64,000 bases of DNA from Ruditapes philippinarum (Eukaryota), in assembly GCF_026571515.1 (NCBI RefSeq), contig NW_026864815.1, forward strand, positions 1-64,000, read 5' to 3'. The notes under the pieces were generated by a model, which saw only the letters and a program-made list of their open reading frames with translations, did no database searches and was not told the DNA's origin. Both the position numbers and the translations under genes were made by a program. Shown piece by piece: positions 62,401-64,000 of the stretch (the stretch's first letter is position 1; each line of letters starts with the position of its first letter).

Positions 62401-63979
62401 AATTGGCTTTTAACAGGTGAAACGTGTGATCACTGATCACTCTTGTGTGTGAAATAATATCTATGTCACTATAATGTAGAAGAAAATTTATCATTCATCG
62501 TCAGAGTAATATCCCATTGATTAACAGATAAAGTACTAATTAAGAACTGGTTTGGAAGAAATCAGTAATGATAATATATAAATGGACAGGAGTCATGTCA
62601 ATAGGCAATGATAGCTGGAAGTATGATTTTTTACAGACAAAATATTACATGTAGTCTACATGCCATTAATAGTGTTTTCAAGTTTTTTCTATAAATACAG
62701 GATTTATTTTCATCGAGTGGAAAAAATAAATATTTCGTGAGTGGCAGTAGCTGCAGGTGAAATATAGTTTTTATACCACAAGATGAAAATATATCCTGTA
62801 TTTATAGAAAAAAACTTGAATTTTCTGTTTATAATATACATTTTTGTCTCTTTTTTTGACATCACAATTTACAAGACGTCCCCTTGAATTTTGTGTACTG
62901 GCTGAATTTAGAAAAAATATGTCTTGCCACACAATATGAAAATACTGAAAATATATTTCACTGCGGTTAAAAATACATTTTTACATTGAAAATATAAAAA
63001 AAAAAGAGAATATGCATTTTATTTCATTAATATTTTTTCAATATTTTTCAACTATAAGTATATAATAATAAATGAATGTAGCATTTGAGTCCTTATTTGA
63101 GCCGTGTCACGACAAAACCAACATAATGGATTTGCGACCAGCATGGATCCAGACCAGCCTGTGCATCCGCACAGTTTGATCAGGATCCATGCTGTTCGCT
63201 TACCAACTCTATTACAAGTAAAGAAACTGGTAGCGAACAGCATGGATCCTGATCAGACTGCGCGGATGCGCAGGCTGGTCTGGATTCATGCTGGTCGCAA
63301 ACCCATTATGTTGGTTTTGTCGTGACACGGCTCATTTATTAAATTTTGACAATCAGAAGAGGCTTATGATTCTTGTAAGTAAACAGAAACTCTTCATGCA
63401 TGAAAAGAAAGCACAAGATTCAACAAGACAATGTTGTGAAATCCATGCACAGAAATTCCATACAACTGTACTATAGCACACTTGCAAATCTCTGCACTTC
63501 TCAATAAAACTGTATTTTTTAGAAGTGCCTCTGTTTTAATAATGTGATTAAGTATAATATGACTTATACAGTTTTACTTCAGTTATTTTTTTCTTGAAGG
63601 TTTTTTTACTAACTTATACTTTAGTGAAGTTAAAAAAGAAAATGAACATATTTGTATTTATCAATGATATCAATGTGGACATTTGGTAAGATTGAGACAT
63701 TTGAATTAACTGAGATATGTGCTGGATAATCTGTTGTTGTGAACTTATTAGATTTTCACCTGTTTGAATAACTGATAATAGAGATAGGAATATTCCAAAT
63801 AATTGTTTTTGTTTGCAGACATTTTGTGTAAGTTTATTTCCATGTTGATAATATATGATGATTTAATAATTACAGGTGTGTGAGTTTAAGATAGTACAAG
63901 AAGAGGTGAATACTGTGGAGCCAGAGCCATTCCCACCATGTGCCTACCTGAACTGGGGACCAGGGGCTGCCTTCTTTAG
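20309..63979 (+). CDS. Hillarin/LTD-1/KY-family protein with two tandem transglutaminase-like (pseudo-catalytic) + Ig-like modules; 14 coding exons, 3' end outside the window
   Basis: join(20309..20449,26809..26897,33221..33361,34105..34297,34703..35371,36373..36651,53735..54006,54980..55154,55655..55743,58707..58847,59577..59868,60313..60483,61574..61747,63876..63979). All introns are GT-AG with matching phases and there is no internal stop. Family motifs occur twice: A/VIFRW, AGLxxxxxxGF/YAKGxDYRPG, HSWNAVYI, W.L.D.HWA, D.FYFxTxPxQLI..H, WQLL, NWGPG. Confidence 0.92.
20573..20720 (+). repeat. Palindromic-element relic; an inverted copy lies at ~785-860
   Basis: ATAGAGGATATTGAATGAGTGTA matches the reverse complement of TACACTCATTCAATATCCTTTAT (838-860). 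Confidence 0.6.
21045..23043. repeat. ~2-kb minisatellite, 16-17-bp unit (GTCATATTGTAGTGTT / GTCATATTGAAGTGTTT)
   Basis: Directly visible tandem array. Confidence 0.95.
24224..24410 (+). mobile_element. Diverged tRNA-derived SINE with a CORE-like central part, third family
   Basis: TGGCCGAGTGGTTAA, TTCAAATCC, then TTGCTCAGTACTGGTTGGTTCCAG. Confidence 0.6.
24500..25110. repeat. 35-39-bp minisatellite (TAGACATTTGACCTATGAATGTCAGTGCAATATAT)
   Basis: TAGAC recurs at 24596, 24631 and 24666; the array decays to the right. Confidence 0.9.
26809..26897 (+). CDS. Coding exon 2 (VSQTDHTNFRDLIWHLVYSPNLSSDLEKA-R), module 1
   Basis: tatttcag| ... AG|gtgagt; 89 nt, the same length and phases as paralogous exon 9. 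Not in the ORF track. Confidence 0.92.
28205..28436. mobile_element. hAT-like MITE with 6-bp TSD
   Basis: Termini CAGTGTGTTCGAAATT and AATTTCTTACACTG; CAAAGT on both flanks (28199-28204, 28437-28442). Confidence 0.75.
30413..30780 (-). mobile_element. Truncated HINE/Pearl-like element (5' end plus ~1.7 cores of 156 bp)
   Basis: On the minus strand: TTATTATCCCC...GGGGATA hairpin and (CCGT)n; GGGCAATAACT repeated at 30415 and 30571. Confidence 0.8.
32435..33035. repeat. Purine-rich 38-43-bp minisatellite (GAAGATGGTTATATGGTGAAGAGATGAATGGGTGTAGG)
   Basis: Directly visible; the source of the spurious 99-aa minus-strand ORF. Confidence 0.9.
33221..33361 (+). CDS. Coding exon 3 (AIFRWMTSKN...KKGTYARIFETLC-G), module 1 transglutaminase-like core
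   Basis: tttttag| ... GG|gtaaga; 141 nt, the same length as paralogous exon 10. Confidence 0.93.
33371..33596. mobile_element. Fold-back MITE copy 3 (9 nt after the exon 3 donor)
   Basis: Same family sequence; flanks ATAT/AATT. Confidence 0.92.
34105..34297 (+). CDS. Coding exon 4 (FAGLYCTVLTGFAKG...NHSWNAVYIDENWYLVDSHW...PENL)
   Basis: tttgtcag| ... CTT|gtatgt; carries the His and Asp of the transglutaminase-like triad. Confidence 0.95.
34703..35371 (+). CDS. Coding exon 5 (VYEYDDFYFMTDPEQ...KLRKPGMK): end of the TG-like domain plus Ig-like domains
   Basis: tatttcag| ... AAG|gtgagg; 669 nt, 223 codons; overlaps the 275-aa ORF. Confidence 0.95.
36373..36651 (+). CDS. Coding exon 6 (EDDLERC...GEYGLEIYGNDP...HVCQY...YNPDTQQ): end of module 1
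   Basis: catacag| ... CAG|gtgagt; 93 codons; the GEYGLEIY and HVCQY motifs are typical of KY/hillarin Ig-like repeats. Confidence 0.93.
37340..37574. mobile_element. Fold-back MITE copy 4
   Basis: 235 bp, ATTT TSD. Confidence 0.93.
38109..38347. mobile_element. Fold-back MITE copy 5
   Basis: ATTT TSD. Confidence 0.93.
38433..38599. mobile_element. Fold-back MITE copy 6 (left arm truncated)
   Basis: Begins mid-arm at CCGTGCAGTCTGATC; right terminus GGCTC intact. Confidence 0.88.
39638..39914 (+). mobile_element. Full-length tRNA-derived SINE with 12-bp TSD
   Basis: A box TGGCTGAGTGG, B box GGTTCGAATCC, (AAAC)n tail; AAAATTTACGTA duplicated at 39626 and 39915. Confidence 0.93.
40445..40665 (-). 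mobile_element. Diverged SINE of the 39638 family
   Basis: The reverse complement contains GGTTAAGGTCATTGACTTCAAA, AGCTATCCAG, CACCTGAGGT and ATATGACCTA. Confidence 0.75.
40963..41524 (+). mobile_element. Palindromic element with the same architecture
   Basis: Hairpin at 40972-41088 centred on GAGGCGATAGCCGAG; TTTATTATATGA (41094) paired with TCATATAATAAA (41513). Confidence 0.72.
42022..42245. mobile_element. Fold-back MITE copy 7
   Basis: Family sequence; flanks AAAT/ATAT. Confidence 0.92.
44145..44207 (+). CDS. Candidate alternative first coding exon A (MAERKARSVEITYDPYTNRTK)
   Basis: ATTATGG start context, 21 codons, strong donor AAG|gtaaga in phase 0 matching the exon 7 acceptor; in-frame TAA upstream at 44094. 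Confidence 0.55.
44349..44556. mobile_element. Fold-back MITE copy 8
   Basis: AAAT TSD; deletion in the left arm. Confidence 0.92.
45236..45377 (+). mobile_element. 5' half of a SINE interrupted by a HINE
   Basis: TGGCCGAATGGTTAAGG...CAGGGACTTTGGATTC...GTTCTA, colinear with 39638-39780. Confidence 0.75.
45378..47531 (+). mobile_element. HINE/Pearl-like element with a dimeric (~146 + ~156 bp) core array, nested in a SINE and spanning an assembly gap
   Basis: TTATACCCCC...GGGGGGTATA, (GGTC)n, GAATTC-marked cores, 3' GGGGGTAT plus ATCAC/GTGAT hairpin, TTCTAGTT end. Confidence 0.88.
46992..47184. other. Assembly gap (193 N)
   Basis: Run of N inside a tandem array. Confidence 1.
47532..47645 (+). 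mobile_element. 3' half of the interrupted SINE
   Basis: AGGTACC...CCTGAAATAATGCA...GGTCTTCCTCCACCAGTAAAGCT...AAACAAAC, colinear with 39784-39914. Confidence 0.75.
48097..48135 (+). CDS. Weak candidate alternative first coding exon B (MKFCLRFNTDMKK)
   Basis: ATG, 13 codons, donor AAG|gtatgt in phase 0; short enough to arise by chance. Confidence 0.25.
48159..48493. mobile_element. Possible Kolobok-like non-autonomous element
   Basis: TTAA|AGGGAC ... GTTCCT|TTAA; only short terminal matches. Confidence 0.4.
49322..49530. repeat. ~24-bp minisatellite (TTACTTGGTCACACTTTTAAG...)
   Basis: Directly visible, about 9 degenerate units. Confidence 0.8.
50387..50467 (+). CDS. Candidate alternative first coding exon C (MDKGVEGNASVEVKVSGVSVDIDLDAK)
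   Basis: GATATGG start context, 27 codons of protein-like composition, donor AAG|gtagga in phase 0; upstream acceptor ttattttcaatag at 50363. Confidence 0.55.
50574..50725. mobile_element. Small hAT-like MITE
   Basis: Imperfect TIRs CAGGGCCCGCAAAAT and ATTTTGCCGCCCCTG; no clean TSD. Confidence 0.5.
53735..54006 (+). CDS. Coding exon 7, Pro/Gln-rich linker (VTAGLAST...DFPPPPPE...QVEK-R)
   Basis: acttcag| ... AG|gtaaga; phase 0 in and phase 2 out, which fits exons 6 and 8. Confidence 0.88.
54980..55154 (+). CDS. Coding exon 8 (NVGQEPPAPP...GPPPQP...VDDHAIQ): linker and start of module 2
   Basis: ttttacag| ... CAG|gtattt; 175 nt; its end matches the end of exon 1. Confidence 0.9.
55655..55743 (+). 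CDS. Coding exon 9 (VSKSDHSSVRDLVWDLIFSKNITNEIEKC-R)
   Basis: taacag| ... AG|gtaggc; 89 nt; paralogue of exon 2. Confidence 0.92.
55788..56022. mobile_element. Fold-back MITE copy 9 (44 nt after the exon 9 donor)
   Basis: 235 bp, ATTT TSD. Confidence 0.93.
57218..58612 (+). mobile_element. HINE/Pearl-like element with about 6.5 cores of 160-161 bp
   Basis: TTTTTATGCCCCCG...GGGGCATA, (TTCC/CGTC)n; CAGTTTCYGT recurs at 57318, 57478, 57639, 57800, 57961 and 58122; CGGGGGCAT partner and TTCTAGTT end. Confidence 0.88.
58707..58847 (+). CDS. Coding exon 10 (VIFRWLATKN...TGRTTYAMVFDMMC-N)
   Basis: ttttcag| ... AA|gttagt; 141 nt; paralogue of exon 3. Confidence 0.93.
58922..59156. mobile_element. 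Fold-back MITE copy 10 (74 nt after the exon 10 donor)
   Basis: 235 bp, AAAT TSD. Confidence 0.93.
59577..59868 (+). CDS. Coding exon 11 (NAGLHSKIISGYAKG...QHSWNAV...LIDAHW...WQLLERQ)
   Basis: cttacag| ... CAG|gtaatt; 292 nt; His and Asp of the module 2 triad. Confidence 0.95.
60313..60483 (+). CDS. Coding exon 12 (VTLEEFENMPHMKPQFFKYGL...FNFTIQ)
   Basis: ttcctag| ... CAG|gtgagc; 57 codons; aligns with LTLQEFEELPLVKSYFFKCG in exon 5. Not in the ORF track. Confidence 0.93.
60500..60707. mobile_element. Fold-back MITE copy 11 (16 nt after the exon 12 donor)
   Basis: AAAT TSD; deletion in the right arm. Confidence 0.92.
61394..61473. repeat. ~41-bp perfect tandem duplication
   Basis: CGATAAATGAAGCTTTCAACTTGGCTTAATACTTCCACTA twice. 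Confidence 0.9.
61574..61747 (+). CDS. Coding exon 13 (MENGDEEYRG...KDNVYAQ)
   Basis: taacag| ... CAG|gtaaat; 58 codons; aligns with ENGDEMFQG...VKNVFTA in exon 5. Confidence 0.93.
61905..62385 (+). mobile_element. Degenerate HINE/Pearl-like relic
   Basis: TGTCCATCTGTACGTC microsatellite remnant and two diverged cores (AAACTTTA...CAAGT.CTTGTGCATATT; AGAGTTATGGCCCTT). Confidence 0.5.
62675..63072 (+). mobile_element. Degenerate palindromic element with the same architecture
   Basis: TTCAAGTTTTTTCTATAAATACAGGAT ... ATCCTGTATTTATAGAAAAAAACTTGAA hairpin; TAATAAA end. Confidence 0.6.
63099..63333. mobile_element. Fold-back MITE copy 12
   Basis: 235 bp, ATTT TSD. Confidence 0.93.
63876..63979 (+). 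CDS. Coding exon 14 (VCEFKIV...FPPCAYLNWGPGAAFF-R)
   Basis: ttacag| ... AG|gtaaaa; 104 nt; aligns with AAEYKVV...LPNCSDSNWGPG in exon 5. Confidence 0.92.
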
Positions 63980-64000
63980 GTAAAAATATTTACCTTTTTG

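Overview
AT-rich eukaryotic (not prokaryotic) genomic DNA. The repeat landscape (Pearl/HINE-type Helentron-derived elements, tRNA-derived SINEs, hairpin MITEs) suggests a bivalve mollusc, which is an inference. The window is dominated by one + strand, intron-rich gene of the hillarin / LTD-1 / kyphoscoliosis peptidase (KY) family. I reconstructed 14 coding exons (20309..63979; 2930 nt, 976 codons + 2 nt), all GT-AG and phase-consistent, and the gene continues past the right edge. The protein has no N-terminal LIM domain. It has two tandem transglutaminase-like + KY-type Ig-like modules, both with the catalytic Cys replaced by Lys/Arg, joined by a proline-rich linker carrying a DFPPPPPE (EVH1-ligand-like) motif. 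The 17-kb intron between the modules holds up to three candidate alternative ATG-bearing exons with phase-0 donors, which could give short isoforms that skip module 1. The introns carry 12 copies of a ~235-bp fold-back MITE (four just downstream of splice donors), six clear HINE/Pearl-like elements with satellite-like cores, several SINEs, a palindromic element family, minisatellites and one N gap. Most ORFs in the supplied track are spurious or repeat-derived. I found no evidence of a wholly new biological system; the best leads are the isoform architecture, the linker motif and the MITE placement.
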